From: Blepharisma stoltei ATCC 30299
Lineage: Eukaryota > Protista > Ciliophora
DNA: 64,000 nucleotides
Assembly: GCA_965603825.1 (NCBI GenBank)
Contig: CBFDEM010000002.1
Coordinates: 784,677-848,676 of the forward strand
Reading direction: 5' to 3'
Of this stretch, positions 11,191 through 24,219 are shown in pieces. The stretch's first letter is position 1. Each line of letters starts with the position of its first letter. The position numbers and the translations under genes were made by a program. A model generated the notes under the pieces. The model was not told where the DNA came from and ran no database searches. It saw only the letters and a program-made list of their open reading frames with translations.

Positions 11191-12885
11191 CTATTTCGCT
11201 TTATGATCGAGTGGCATCGTGGTATCATGCGCTACTTTTTTAAGTGCCCTTCTAAACGATAGTCTGTCTTTATATTCAAAGCACAGCATATCATACAAAA
11301 GCTCTCTCAGCCAAGGCAATGTCACATTCTGCAGCACTTTTTCTCGATTTTTAGAATCTTCATTAAATCTTGCAATATTATCAAATGTCGCCAATTGATA
11401 AAATATTAACCCAAGTGAAAAAACGTCAGCTCGCTCAGGCCTATACTTGGCTTTTCCAATTCCATGTATCATAGCATACCTTAACTCTGGAGCCATATAG
11501 CTGGCAGTTCCTATTACATCATGTACTCCAGTTGCCGCATAAGTGTTCTCAATAGTTTCCCTGATTCCTGACACATTAAAATCTGCAATTTTTAATTGTC
11601 CTTCCTTCGTAATTAAAATATTATCAGGCTTTATATCTTGATGATAAATTTTATGGTTCACCAAGCTTAGAAAAGCCTCTAACAAGTCAAGAACAATAGA
11701 ATTTAGTTCGGTTGGAGTAAAATTATTATTTTGGCTTGCTCTTGATTTTATTAATTCAGTAAGACTGTACGGACAGTATTCCATAACGACATTTGAGCAG
11801 TATTTTATAACGTTGTTTTCTACTATTTCGTCATAAAAAGAGCCATAGAATTCTAAGAAAAATCGACTTGTGCCTGAAAGTTTTTGTAAAATTTCTACTT
11901 CTTTTCGAAGTTTTTCAGCACTTTTATACCCATCTTGCTCTTTATAAGTTTTTATTACTGCATCAGTTTGTTTTCCTTTCCACATGATTCTGCATTGGTT
12001 AACATTTAACTCACTTCTAACAAAAATAGCAGGGCCCATGGCGATTTGGCTTCTTTGAGTTATAGGCCGGCTTTGCTCTTCAACAACTGGCTCAGCAAAA
12101 ATTGGGAAAAGTTCATTTAATAGCTTAATTCTATCTTGAAGCTTTTCATCGGTTACTTCTAGCTGATTAACAATATCTAGAATTTTTTTGCTTGTATCAG
12201 GGTCTGGAATAACTGGTTCTCCTTTAAATGCTTTAAATTTTTTTATATCATTTATATCTTCAACCCATTTCAGCGCATAATCAATCACAATGTTATCAGC
12301 CTCTCCAGCTGGAACTCCCAACTTTTTTACAATTAACAAATTTTCCAAATTTTTTAAAATCTCATCTTTATTACTTGTCGAGCATTTTTCATAGAGTTTT
12401 ACCTTTGCTCTTATAGATACTAAATTTATGACATAGTTTATGTCAGTTCCGAACATGTCATGAAAAGCTTTCGCATGCTTAGCCCATTCTAAGATTTCTG
12501 GAAAAGTTTCAGACACATTGACTCCTTCGCTTATTTTTGCAATTGCCCGATCGTTGGCTTTAGGGCAAATTATGTTGCAACTCTGAGCCAGATAACCAAG
12601 ATTGTCTAAAATATGAGAAGCCAATTCTGGAGTAATTTTAGGGTCTTGCGGGTTTTCTGTGGTGACTGGAAGCTGAAGAATGGAATATGCATAGCAAGCG
12701 CTTCATAGTTTCCATAAATCAACACCTTGGTTTAAAGCAACTTCTTGAGAAAAGCCATTGTACAAGGACACCAGGTCATTATATGAAAATCTATAGTTTT
12801 TTCGGATTAGCTCTTTTGCGGAATCACCTTGGACGTCTCTGTAGGTATTCGCAATATCGACGATTGAGCTAAAGAGGTCGACCAT
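11191..12885 (-). CDS. Atypical protein kinase, tandem copy 2
   Basis: 12703-12885 joins 11191-12624 in frame through a TGA; HQDIKPDN, ADFN, GTASYMAPE. Confidence 0.9.
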
Positions 12886-13426
12886 ATAATTGTAGAGTGA
12901 TTAAACATTAAGCTTAATTTGTGTATAATCTGATATAATTTTGCTTATATGAGGGAAATACAGAATTATCGAAATAAATTTCATTAGGGTATTTTCTATA
13001 AAGTTGTTTTTATTTGGATTATTAAACTATTCGGAAGATTGTGGAAAAAAATATTTGGAATAGCAAAAAATTAAATGCTAAGCGTGCTGTTGTAATAATA
13101 AGAATGGTAATCATTATAAAAAAATTTAATTATAGAGACTTGATAATAAGACTGAATTTAAAAGTAATTTTAAAGAAAAAGCTGATTATTAATAATAAAT
13201 TTGATCGCAAATATAAAGCTGCTATAGCAATCTAAAAATCAACCCTTCTCTGAGGTTTTTTTTCTTATTCTACCTTTTATAAAATTATGCACAACGAATA
13301 TGGTCAGAATCTATATAAGTTTTTATGACAATTTTACCTATTTTTATTATCATCTCTGGAGATGGAGTAGTTAAATTTTCAAATTATTAAGCTGATTATT
13401 TCATCATTGTTAATTTATTTGAATTA

Positions 13427-15133
13427 TTAAGAGAGCGGCTCTGTTGAGTATCTTTTCATATGCTTCAAAATCCTCCTAAACGAAGGCCTTTTCTTATATT
13501 CAAAATCAAGCATCTCATATATAAGTTTTTGCAGCCAAGGCAGCTTTACATCTTTCCTCACTTTTTCCCTGTTATTTTTATCATCGTTAAATCTTGAAAT
13601 GCTTTTAAATGTTGCACATAGATAAAATACAAGCCCAAGTGAAAAAACATCAGATCGCTCAGGCCTGTACTTTTCTACTGATTTACCATTTATCCAAGCT
13701 TTTTTTAGCTCTGGGGCCATAAAGCTTGTTGTTCCTAAAACATCATGCTCTTCAGTAGGCATACAAGTATTTTCTATTACTTCAACGACGCCAGATATAT
13801 TGAAATCACCGATTTTTAATTGTCCATCTTTTGACACTAGTATATTGTCTGGCTTAATATCTCTATGGTAAATTCTTAAATTAACTAAACTTTTAAAAGC
13901 TTCGAGCAAGTCAAGGCAAATTTTGTAAAGCTCTTCTTCAGAAAATATTAGGCCTTTGCTTTTTCTTGCTTTAATTATATCAGCTAGAGAGTTTGGGCAA
14001 TATTCCATTAAAACGCTATAGCAGAACTTTTCGGTATTATTTTCAATTACTTTATCAATAAAGCTGCCATAATAGTCTAGAAAAAATCAACCCCTGCCTG
14101 AGGTCATGCTTAATATTTCTACTTCTTTTTTGAATCTCTCACGGTATTTATTGGAATTTTTATCTTCTTTATAAGTTTTTATAGCTGCAATAATTTCTTG
14201 ACCATACCAATTTAGTTTACATTCGTAAACACTTATATCATTATGCTTAAAAATCGCATTTCCCATTACTATTTGACTTCTATGAGTAATTAAAGCAGGA
14301 CTAGGCTCATCCAGCTCTTTAATTTCCTCAACTGCCGGGACATATTGGTCTGGAAAAATTTCATCTAAATTTTTGATTTTTTCTTGATATTTTTCTTCAC
14401 TTAATTCCAATTTTTTAATCACTCTCAGCATTTTTCTACTTGTATCTGGGTCTGGATTTACCTTCTCTCCTCGAAACTCTTTAAATTTTTTTAAATCATT
14501 TACATCATCAATCCATGCTAACGCATAATCAACCACAATATTTTGTACATCGTCACCTGAAATTTCCAGGTTTTTTAATTCCAATAAATTTTCTAAATTT
14601 TTTAAAATTATATCTTTGTTGTCTGAGCTGGAATTTTTATAAAATTCTGTTTTTGATTTAATAGAAATTAAGTTTATGACATAGTCAATCCCAGTTCCTA
14701 GTTGTTTGCTAATATCTTTTGCAAGTCTAGCCCATTCTATCATTTCTTCAATAGATTCAGCATTATTTATAGCCTCACTGATTCTTGAAACAAGCCGTTC
14801 ATTGGCTTTTGGGAACGGCTGATTATATTGAGTAGCTAGATATAAAAGATGTTCAAAAGCCTGAGGCGCTAATTTTGAATTAAATGAAGGATTTTCAGAG
14901 TTTTCTTTGACAAAAGGAAGCGTAAGAATTGCATTTGCATAGCAAGCACGCCACAATTTTCACAAATCAACATTTGGGTTATTTTCAGAATCCTGGATGA
15001 GACCATTGTATAGATTTATCAGATCGCTGTAGGAAGAACTGCTGTTTTTACGGATGAGCTCATTTGCAGAATCCCCTCGAACTTTTCCATAAGTTTTTGA
15101 TATCTCGTCAATTGAGATTAAGAGGTCAACCAT
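13427..15133 (-). CDS. Atypical protein kinase, tandem copy 3
   Basis: ATG 15133 (MVDL start as in copy 2), TGAs near 14960 and at 14087; HRDIKPDN, GDFN, GTTSFMAPE. Confidence 0.88.
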
Positions 15134-15545
15134 AATAATTGTAGAGAGATTACAAATGAAGATAAATTTTGATATTTTTTTGGATTATATTGAAATGAAT
15201 ATTTTAATTAAATTAATTATTACTATTTGGCTTGAATCATTAATTATATCTTTTATAAAGAATGCACTGAATAAATCAGATTTGGCATTTCTATTATTTA
15301 AAAATAGATATAATTCTCTAGGAGGTATACCAAATCTGAGGGAAAAACCTATATAAGTAGCAAAAAGTATTCAATGCATATAAAAATCTTTATAAATCAA
15401 AATATTTGGTCTCTTAATAGGAAAAATTGGATCTTCATTTATTTAATTAATTAAATTACTTTAACTACCACACCATTTAATGCATATCAGTCTGCCATCA
15501 TTTCTTTGAAATTTGGAATTAGTTTATATTAAAAGTAATAATATA

Positions 15546-16121
15546 ATGTCATATGATTATCTAATCAAAGGGATGTTAATCGGAGACTCTCAAGTTGGAA
15601 AGTCAAATTTACTTCTGAGATATGCTGAGAATAATTTCAGAGAAGAGTACAATGCGACAATAGGCGTTGAATTTGGAACGAAAATTAAAAATATCAATGA
15701 ACTAGCGATAAAATTTCAATTGTGGGATACATCTGGCCAAGAATCATTCAGATCGATTACTAGATCCTACTATAGAGCTGTTGCAGCAGCATTCATAGTT
15801 TACGACGTCACAAGTAGAGGGAGCTTTGAACATCTGACCAATTGGGTTTCTGAAGCAATGGCAAATGCTCCTAGAACTGTCGTAGCAGCCTTGGTTGGAA
15901 ATAAAATTGATAGAGAAGAGGAAAGAAAAGTTTTATTTGAAGAAGGCCAAAAATTTGCAAATGATCACCAAATGATTTATTTGGAAACTTCAGCTAAAAC
16001 TGGATGGAATGTTGACAATGTGTTTAATTTTGTTGCTGCAGAAATTTTGGCCAGGATCAGAAATGGGCAGATCGATGTAGAGGATGCAAGCAATGGGATT
16101 AAAATCTCAAGGCAAAAATAA
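15546..16121 (+). CDS. Rab2-like small GTPase
   Basis: GDSQVGKS, TIGVEFG, WDTSGQESFRSITRSYYR, NKID, ETSAK; the C-terminus has no Cys. Confidence 0.9.
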   Translation: MSYDYLIKGMLIGDSQVGKSNLLLRYAENNFREEYNATIGVEFGTKIKNINELAIKFQLWDTSGQESFRSITRSYYRAVAAAFIVYDVTSRGSFEHLTNWVSEAMANAPRTVVAALVGNKIDREEERKVLFEEGQKFANDHQMIYLETSAKTGWNVDNVFNFVAAEILARIRNGQIDVEDASNGIKISRQK

Positions 16122-16405
16122 TAAATACTAATAAAAGTTTGAAACATAGGGAAAATTAGAATGCTTCTAAATTCAAAAATAATTGTAAAATTAAGCAAAT
16201 AAAGAATGATTTTCTATTTTCAGTTGGAGTTATAATGTTAAGCTAGGAAAATTATTCTAAAAATAGCTTTATGACTTAGCTTCCTTTTTGCCTCGAGCAT
16301 AGTAATTTATTATATAAACTTATGAAATAGCCAAGTCTTATCCTTTCTCATCAATTCCATGAATATTTTTAAAGAAACTTAAACTAAATTTTATAATTTT
16401 ATTTA

Positions 16406-16960
16406 TTAAAATCCCAAAACAGCATGAAGCTGCCTTAATATCAATTTTAGTGCCAACTTTGAAATATAGCCGTTGAAGTCTCTTTCAATTGCTTGAATAT
16501 CACTCATAGGTATCCCAGTCTCTTCCTCATCACTTCTTCTATAATGAGCTGACATAGAAATTCTTAAATTAGGCGCATGTGAAAAAATCCATATTAAAAC
16601 CCTTTGATCATAATTTTCCAAAACTTTTCTGCAGAATTTTTCATACTCTTTCCAATGAAATGATACTGTTTTCTTTATCAAAATGGAGGCTATAATTAAG
16701 AATTCCTCTAGGCTATTGATTTTCTGCTTGTTACAAGCCCGAAGTAATAAGTCTAGTAGCTTTATTTGGATAAAATCGAGATGGAAAGTATTTGAAACTT
16801 TAAAAAGCGTACTGTAAAATTCGTTATTATTCTCACGAAGATAGGCGGAATTAGAAATACAAACCCGATTTATAAGCTGAGGCTGCTTATAATTGGATTT
16901 ATTAACGTATTTTAACTCGAATAGCTTCAAAGTGCTAACCTTTTTTGCCTTTTTCACCAT
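16406..16960 (-). CDS. Hypothetical protein
   Basis: ~184-aa open frame from ATG 16960 to TAA; no recognisable motif. Confidence 0.5.
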   Translation of the reverse strand: MVKKAKKVSTLKLFELKYVNKSNYKQPQLINRVCISNSAYLRENNNEFYSTLFKVSNTFHLDFIQIKLLDLLLRACNKQKINSLEEFLIIASILIKKTVSFHWKEYEKFCRKVLENYDQRVLIWIFSHAPNLRISMSAHYRRSDEEETGIPMSDIQAIERDFNGYISKLALKLILRQLHAVLGF

Positions 16961-18032
16961 ATATCTAATATTTGACAATGATCAATGATGGCATTTTTAT
17001 TGATTTTAATTTTAGGAATTTATAAAGCATTTTACAAAATTAAATAAGAAAAGGAATAGTTGTCAGAATAAAATAAAAAATTTTATAGCTATTTTTAAAA
17101 TGATCAGAAGCCTAATAAACAATTAATTAGTAAAATAAAATGACTGGAAAATAAGGAATTTTTTATTATGGTTACAATAAAAAAGCTCAGATTCAAAGCT
17201 TAAAGAGCCAATAAGCTTAAATTGATAAGAATAATGCTAGATCGTTATTTCAGAAACCCTAAAAGCTATCGGTGATATTATCTTGCAAAGTGTAACTGTT
17301 TTTCACACTAAGAAAAATTTTAAATGTATAATTTCAGATTATTTTAATTTTAACGTTTAGCAATTTTTTTTTTAATTCTGATTTTATCAAATTATTATTT
17401 CATTTACGCTAACTTAATTAATTATTGCCAAATCAAGGTACCAATAAAATAAGCTATTATATTTTATTTATCCCCATTCTCACATCACCCACCCAGGTTT
17501 TATTTCTTGTTTCCTTGCTTATCTTGCCCATCAAATATCAGATACCACTGACTTCGATAGACTGTTCTTCAAAGTCACCTTGATTTCCTCAGCTCTTCTT
17601 CAGGCTCTCAATAAAACCAACGTCAATCCACCTGGCACGGAAATGCCTAGTCTCACAAGCCCATCATGAGTCCCTCTTTAAAAATTTCATTGACTAAGAC
17701 ATAATCCAAACTGCTGCTTAAAGTGGACTCTTGCTTTGGATAAATTTGTGGATGAACCTGAAGCTTATGATTAAATTTGGAATTTCGTTTCTTGAGCAGA
17801 AAATTTGATTTTTAATATCAAAAAATATGAAAAGCATAATAAAGCTTTCCCAGATATATCAGTTTCTATTAATCAAAATAGTGTTTAATTAATACGAAAT
17901 AATTAAAAGAAATGATATATATAAAGGAAATAAATAAAGACGCTGAACAATAAACTTCTAATGATATTAACAAACTTAACTTTATTTTTAATTACTGTTC
18001 AAATTGAATTACCAGTAATATTTATCCTTAAA

Positions 18033-19319
18033 ATGAGTAAATATACACTAAAAGACCTTCTGATTAAAAAATCAGGGAAATTCGAAACAAGCACTTCAGA
18101 ATCAATTTTTAATGAATGAAGGTCATGCGAGCTATTATCTGGATTTTTTAGCTTAATAGGACTTGCAGCCGCTACTTTTGATTATGAATTTAGTTACTCT
18201 TTTGACCGGACTCATGACAATTGCGCAGAAAAACTAGACCGAGTTGAATATTTCCGAGAAATGATTTGTGTTACCACTTTTGCTTCCTTCTTTTTCCTTG
18301 TTCAAAGAGATAGCAAAAAGGCTCTATTAGATAAATACTTAATGAAGCAGGAACCGGAATATAAAGTTACAATATGAAATTTTCCAGTAATTTTAAAAAG
18401 GAAAATTAAAAATACCTTTAGTTTTAGCAGAATTATTGAGCTTTTTCTGCTATTTATTTTTCCATATCCTTATGTGAATGCGCCGGTTTATATGCCATAT
18501 CGACATAACTATGAAATTATAAATATCTGCTATAATCTTTCAGAACTTTTATATATTTTTATGATAGTGAGACTAATTTTTGTATATAGAGCTATTATCA
18601 ATTATACTCCCTATCAAAATCATTTAGCAAGAACTTTCTGCTTAAATCATAACGCCAAATCAAATGTAAGATTTGTATTTAAATGCTTAGTAGCTCTACA
18701 TCCTCTAGTAGTAATTTTATTTTTGCTATTGATTCCTTCTGTAATTATATGTGGCTGTTTAATGAGAATTGTGGAGAGGCCTTTAATTGATCTTTCTCAT
18801 CAAGATTTTCATAACCCATTAAGTGGGATCTGGTGCATGTTTTCTTCAATGTCTAGTGTAGGTTTTGGGGATCTTTATCCTATTAGCTATTTAGGCAGAA
18901 TTATGGCTGTTTTAGGCTACTGCCTCGGCACAATTTTTCTATCTCTTATCATATTAGTTATTCAAAAAAACTCAAATTTCACGACTAATGAGACAAAATC
19001 ATTTTCTTCTATTTATAAAACTAAAGCAGCAGCGGAAACTATACAAGCTGGCCTGGTTTATTTTGGATTAAAAAATAAATATGGTAAAAATCATCAATTT
19101 ACTAAGAAATCATATGGAATTTTACGTGAAAAAATAATAAAAGTTAAAAAAAATAGAGAAAATATTTTCAAAATGGGTGGGGCTGGAGACGAATTTTTAT
19201 CAGCGATAAAAGAAAAAGTGGAAAAACTAACAGACCATTTAGATAAAGTCGAAAAACTGTGTGAGAAAATTATTAATAATAGAAAATTTCAAAAATTCCT
19301 TGAAGAAGAAAGAAAATAA
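18033..19319 (+). CDS. Small-conductance Ca2+-activated-like (SK-type) potassium channel
   Basis: ATG 18033 is in frame with the ORF-track piece through two TGAs; RIVERP, pore SSVGFGDLYPISYLGR, C-terminal coiled coil. Confidence 0.88.
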
Positions 19320-19347
19320 TAATTATATATTTAATTAAATTTCACTT

Positions 19348-20454
19348 TTAACCAAATATTAATAAAATCGCTGAAATTGCCAATATAATCGCTCCACTAG
19401 CACTAGAATTTAAACTGACATTTGTAGGGAATAGCCCAAGCTGGTTTACACAAGCATCAATAGCCTCAGATTCATATAAAGTCCAATATGTAGCTTGATC
19501 ACTCATCGACGTCAAATACTCTTGCTCACTACTAGAAAGTGAGCTGCAATTAAATAACTCTGTAAAATTATCAGTATGTGAAAACCTCCCTGAACAGTCA
19601 GAGCTACTGTATTGAAGCTTAGGGAAAACTTGATCCCAAAAGCCAATTACATTTCCAAAGCTTCCGCAATATCCTGCACTATTATCAACTCCTCCACATT
19701 GACACCAATCTGTAGCTGCAGTTACCCCATCTGAAGCATAAACATATTTACATTGTTCGCCTAAGTTACATTTAAACGGAGATGACAAGGCCTGAGTGCT
19801 ATTATCTGTATATATCAAAATCCCATCACATTTTCCATTTCTCTGAAAATCTGACTTACAAAACATTTTATCAGAAACCGATGAATTTATGTCTTTTGTA
19901 AAAAGCTTGGTACATGTAGAATTATTGCAGCCGTATCCAATAGGGCATTCATTATTAACAGTACATGCATCGCCACTAGACAGAAGGCTTGCACAAGTCC
20001 TAGAGCTTGTAGAATTCGTACCATTCCCAGACGTAAAATTTTTGCAAAAATAGCCAGGCTGACATTCTTCATCAGCTGTACAATTGGCACCATTTGCAAG
20101 TCCTTTGCAAATTCCACTGCTGCAGCTACCACTTACACAGTTAGAATCAGTGCAGCAGGATTTTCCTGTTAAAGTTGTGGAATTTGCTGAGCAGTCCCTT
20201 GTGGAGGTCACTTGAGCTGGTTTTGCTTCACAAGTGGCTGAGGTTCAGTTTCCAGTTGTGGAGGAAAATTGGTCGTTGTCAGAGCATGAGCTGTTTGAGG
20301 AGGAGCAGGGGGTTACCACGACTGTGTTATTATTGGAATAAACTGATATACATTGATTATTTGTACCTGTGCCGCAGGTGATTTTGCTGCAGGATTGATA
20401 TTCTAAGCCAAAAGTGACTGTAGAAAGGATGAGGAAGGCTAGGCTTGATTTCAT
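19348..20454 (-). CDS. Cysteine-rich secreted, probably GPI-anchored surface protein
   Basis: Signal peptide MKSSLAFLILSTVTFG joins the body through TGA 20245; repeated C-x4-EC-x2-G-x2-C modules; hydrophobic C-terminal tail after SSAS. Confidence 0.85.
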
Positions 20455-21807
20455 ATTTATTATAGATACTGGTTTGGAAACTTTGTTAATGGAAAAAAAG
20501 AGCCTGATCGGAAAGGGATGATTTTCAAAATGGAGAGGAAAAATTGGAAATTATTATTGATGGAAAAGGGTATTATATGATGTCTTGGAGGATGCAAAAG
20601 ATATGAGAAAAGAAGAATTAATAGGTATAGGAATAGAAATTGAGGTAATTATAGTATAAAACTACTTTCATAAAAGTAGAATATTTTTTTACAATTAATA
20701 AACAAGACTCTCTTTTAAAACTTTAATTAGTTTCTGATGGCCGAGGAAAACCTTTTGCTGGTGTTGTTCTATCAATACGAACATGAAAAATTATTTTTCA
20801 ACTAAAAGGATACTGAGCTTGAAAAATCGGATTTTTTTCTTAATGGTTTGGCTTAGACTCATAGTTTGTAAAAAATTAATATATCCTTGAGAACCAGATG
20901 AGAATATCGCCATTTATTTAAACAATTTTTTAATTTATAATTAAAATTTTTATAGCTTTTATTGATACCATTATTAATTGTTCTATTTTTCGAAGCCAGC
21001 GTGGCTATGTAATGCCAATTGTACCATTAAGAAGAACTTTAAACAATTTTATTCTTCTTAGTTTAGATTTTATTTTTCTACCAGAAAACTACCATTTTAC
21101 TATTTTCCAAGAGCCATTATTTATTTTTATTATATTTAATGTAAAAAATAAATTTTAAGCTCCTCGAGCAAATATAAATTCTTTTTATATGAGATATAAA
21201 ACTGAGACAAAAATTAACTAATTTCCAAAAAAGAAATTTTTTGATTTTTGAAATTAGATATCCTAATTTCTTTTCTAATTTTTCCAATTTTTAAGCTTAA
21301 TAAGCCTACTTAGGAAGAATTTACAGTGTGAAGAAGGATTCTGCTACGGCATGAGTCTTTCTAGTGTTGAATCTATGAAGCATTGGAGTTGAAATGCAGA
21401 TAAAGACATGATGAAAATGAGGAGTCAGGGAGACTTAGATGGATTTTTTTATATAACCGAAGTTAGAGATCCAGTGGATTCCAGGGAAAATATGATTTAG
21501 ATAGCATATATGGATGCGAAAGTAGGTGATCCATTTAAAAAAAGATTTCTCCTAAATATAGATAAACTTGGAGATCTGATGGAGTTTTGTTGTTGCTGTG
21601 AGTTTTTGCTTGTGGAGGTGATTAGGCTTTTGCTTTGTGGAAAGATGTGAACAATTGATTAAAAAGAGAGAATTCCTGGTATGGCCGGCTGAAATATTTT
21701 TGCTCGCTCATATAAGGGGATTTAGCAATTTATTTGTTAAAAACTTCATTATAAGCTGATAAAAATCATTTGATTACGATATTTACTGCAATCAGGTTGA
21801 TGTAAAA

Positions 21808-22710
21808 ATGGAAAAATCAATTCATCAAGGAGACATAGGGCCCACAATATATAAATCTCGATCTCAATATGGCTTTAGGACCCACCCTACAAAATTTAAT
21901 TCATGCCCCAATGGAAGTTTAGAAAACACTTCTAGTTATGCAATACCTTCCCTAAAAGGATCAAAAATTGGGAAGAAAGCCATCTTAAGTCATAGAACCT
22001 CAGTAAAAGTTTCAAAACCAATAGGAAATATTTCATATAATCTTAATAAAGGAAATTCCTCAACAGAGCCTTCTAAGCCAAAACGTGTCCCATATAGCAT
22101 AATCCATATGAACGACTTCATAAGATCCTACTCATCAAAAAGTGTCCTTGCATTAACCCGAAAAAGATCTAAATGCAACACAAGCATTCCTTTAGGAAAA
22201 ACCCAAACCCAGCCTATTTACAATTTTTCAAACCAATCTTTATTTGGCTTAAAAGATCATTTTATTCCTTTATTTTCATGCACAACTTTGCCAATGAACC
22301 CAAAAAATGAGTTTTCTAGGTCAATTTCCCCAATTCCAAATTTGGATGGGAAAAATGGCTCAAAAGTTAACGAAATTAAGCTGGATTTTAAAGGATATGA
22401 TGCAAAAAGTGATATAAAAGTAGAAGGAGAATTAAAGCAGGATTGCAGTATTGATAAATCTGATCCAGATTTAATCAGTGAGCAGAATATAGAAAAATAT
22501 GCAGAAATTGATTTAAAATTCCCTAATAATGAAAAACTTAGAAGAGCTATTAAGGGAATTTCCTCAAAGAGGATAATTTCAAGACCAAAAACATCTTCAA
22601 TGGACTTGCGGAGACCGAGTACTCGCCGAAGAAGTGTAGCTACTAATTATGGAGATGCTGAGAGTGACGAGCTTACAGGATGGGATAATCTTAATATTCG
22701 ATTAATGTAA
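21808..22710 (+). CDS. Hypothetical low-complexity Ser/Lys-rich protein
   Basis: 300-aa ATG-TAA frame with no known motif. Confidence 0.6.
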   Translation: MEKSIHQGDIGPTIYKSRSQYGFRTHPTKFNSCPNGSLENTSSYAIPSLKGSKIGKKAILSHRTSVKVSKPIGNISYNLNKGNSSTEPSKPKRVPYSIIHMNDFIRSYSSKSVLALTRKRSKCNTSIPLGKTQTQPIYNFSNQSLFGLKDHFIPLFSCTTLPMNPKNEFSRSISPIPNLDGKNGSKVNEIKLDFKGYDAKSDIKVEGELKQDCSIDKSDPDLISEQNIEKYAEIDLKFPNNEKLRRAIKGISSKRIISRPKTSSMDLRRPSTRRRSVATNYGDAESDELTGWDNLNIRLM

Positions 22711-22871
22711 GTTTGCAAGGTTTTATAGATTATTTCGTTAGGAATATTGAGATTTATTTGTCTCCCCAGTATTTAACCTTTATTATGTAACTTGGCATGA
22801 TAAATTTAGTCCTTATAGTAAATATACCCTATTATCAGCTAATGCTTTTAAATCAATTTTTAATTGATAAT

Positions 22872-23567
22872 ATGGAATATTTTCTAAATAGTAGTGGGCT
22901 AGACTGTCTTGCAGCTATGCTATAAAGAATCTAGACATTAGAAAATTTTACATTATTTGCCACACTTTTCTTTCAGAAATATTTTTCCGCTTTGAAATTC
23001 TTATTCAATCATTACAAACTAAATTTTCAGATTTTATTTTACTAAACAAGGAAATATTGAAGGGAGCTTTTCATTTGCAAAGTTCTATAGAGATGCTGGA
23101 GACATCAATGATACTGTAAACTTCTTAATTTTTCAAGGCTACCAAGTAGAAGGTATTATCGCAATCTTTAAAAGTGAAAATGATACATTAATTTATTCTG
23201 CGCTCTATGGAAAAATCAACAAAAATGATTGTATTCGCTCCTCAGTTTGCCAGCTTATTTAAAAAAACCTATAAAATTATTCAAATACATGAAATCTTGT
23301 GCTCAACGTATGGAGGCTCATATAAATGGGCAAGAGAAATGCTTGAAGACATAATGAAAGTGGATATGAAATACCTATTGTGAAAATACTAAAGGAGATA
23401 TTTATATAATTCATAGGGATGAAGAATATTTGCTGACCATGCTGAGGCACTAGATTTTGCTTGAGAATTGAAAAACAAATGTAAAGGGGTTTTATTTTGC
23501 ATTCTGATCGTTTTTTTAACAGAAGATTTAGATGAAGTGGCTCAAAATATTCTTGATGGTGATTAAT
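22872..23567 (+). pseudogene. Alpha/beta-hydrolase paralog, frameshifted pseudogene
   Basis: Remnants MEYFLNSSGLRL, RDAGDINDTV, LIYSALYG and DLDEVAQ lie in different frames; the end coordinate is approximate. Confidence 0.8.
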
Positions 23568-24219
23568 GATAAAATATTAATATAGTTATAAATAATATTT
23601 AGAAAAAATTAATTATATTTTAGAATTTGGTATATAGCAAATTTTGTATCAAGTCGTCTTTGCAAATATTAAGAAGATTTATTATGAAATATCAATTAAT
23701 AAAATTTAATGATGATAGTAATTAAGGGTAGAAGCTTTTCAATAGCTTTTAATAGCTAAACTAGCCTATTTGATACTATGGTAAATTTGTAACGCAACAT
23801 TTTAAAATATAGGGATGGGAAGATATAGCTATCAATGAATATGATGATAGCTATTCAATTTAAAAACTATCCAATAGAAAGTACAAAATAAACAGCATGA
23901 TTTTCAAATTAAAATTCATATTTGCCTAATATTTAATTTACCTTAAAATAATCATACTCAAAATTAATTAAGCGGTTTAATTTTTTTTTATTCTTACCAT
24001 TTTCAATAATACTTAAAATAAGTTAAATAATAAAGTCTTTTATTCTAACGGAATATTTTAACAATTATTATTCCATAAATATATCAAATAAATAGCTCAT
24101 CATTTTTTGACATTTATAAAACTCAATAAATATACTGTTCCTTTATCGAGAATTTTATTTTGAGAATAAAGATACTACCGATGTTGTCTTATTTAATCAT
24201 TCGAGCTTTAACTTATAAA

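Noticed and set aside
21300-21710. Coding-like patch on the minus strand
   Set aside because: The frames I read hit TAA/TAG within about 50 codons and show no recognisable homology; possibly a decayed gene, but unsupported.
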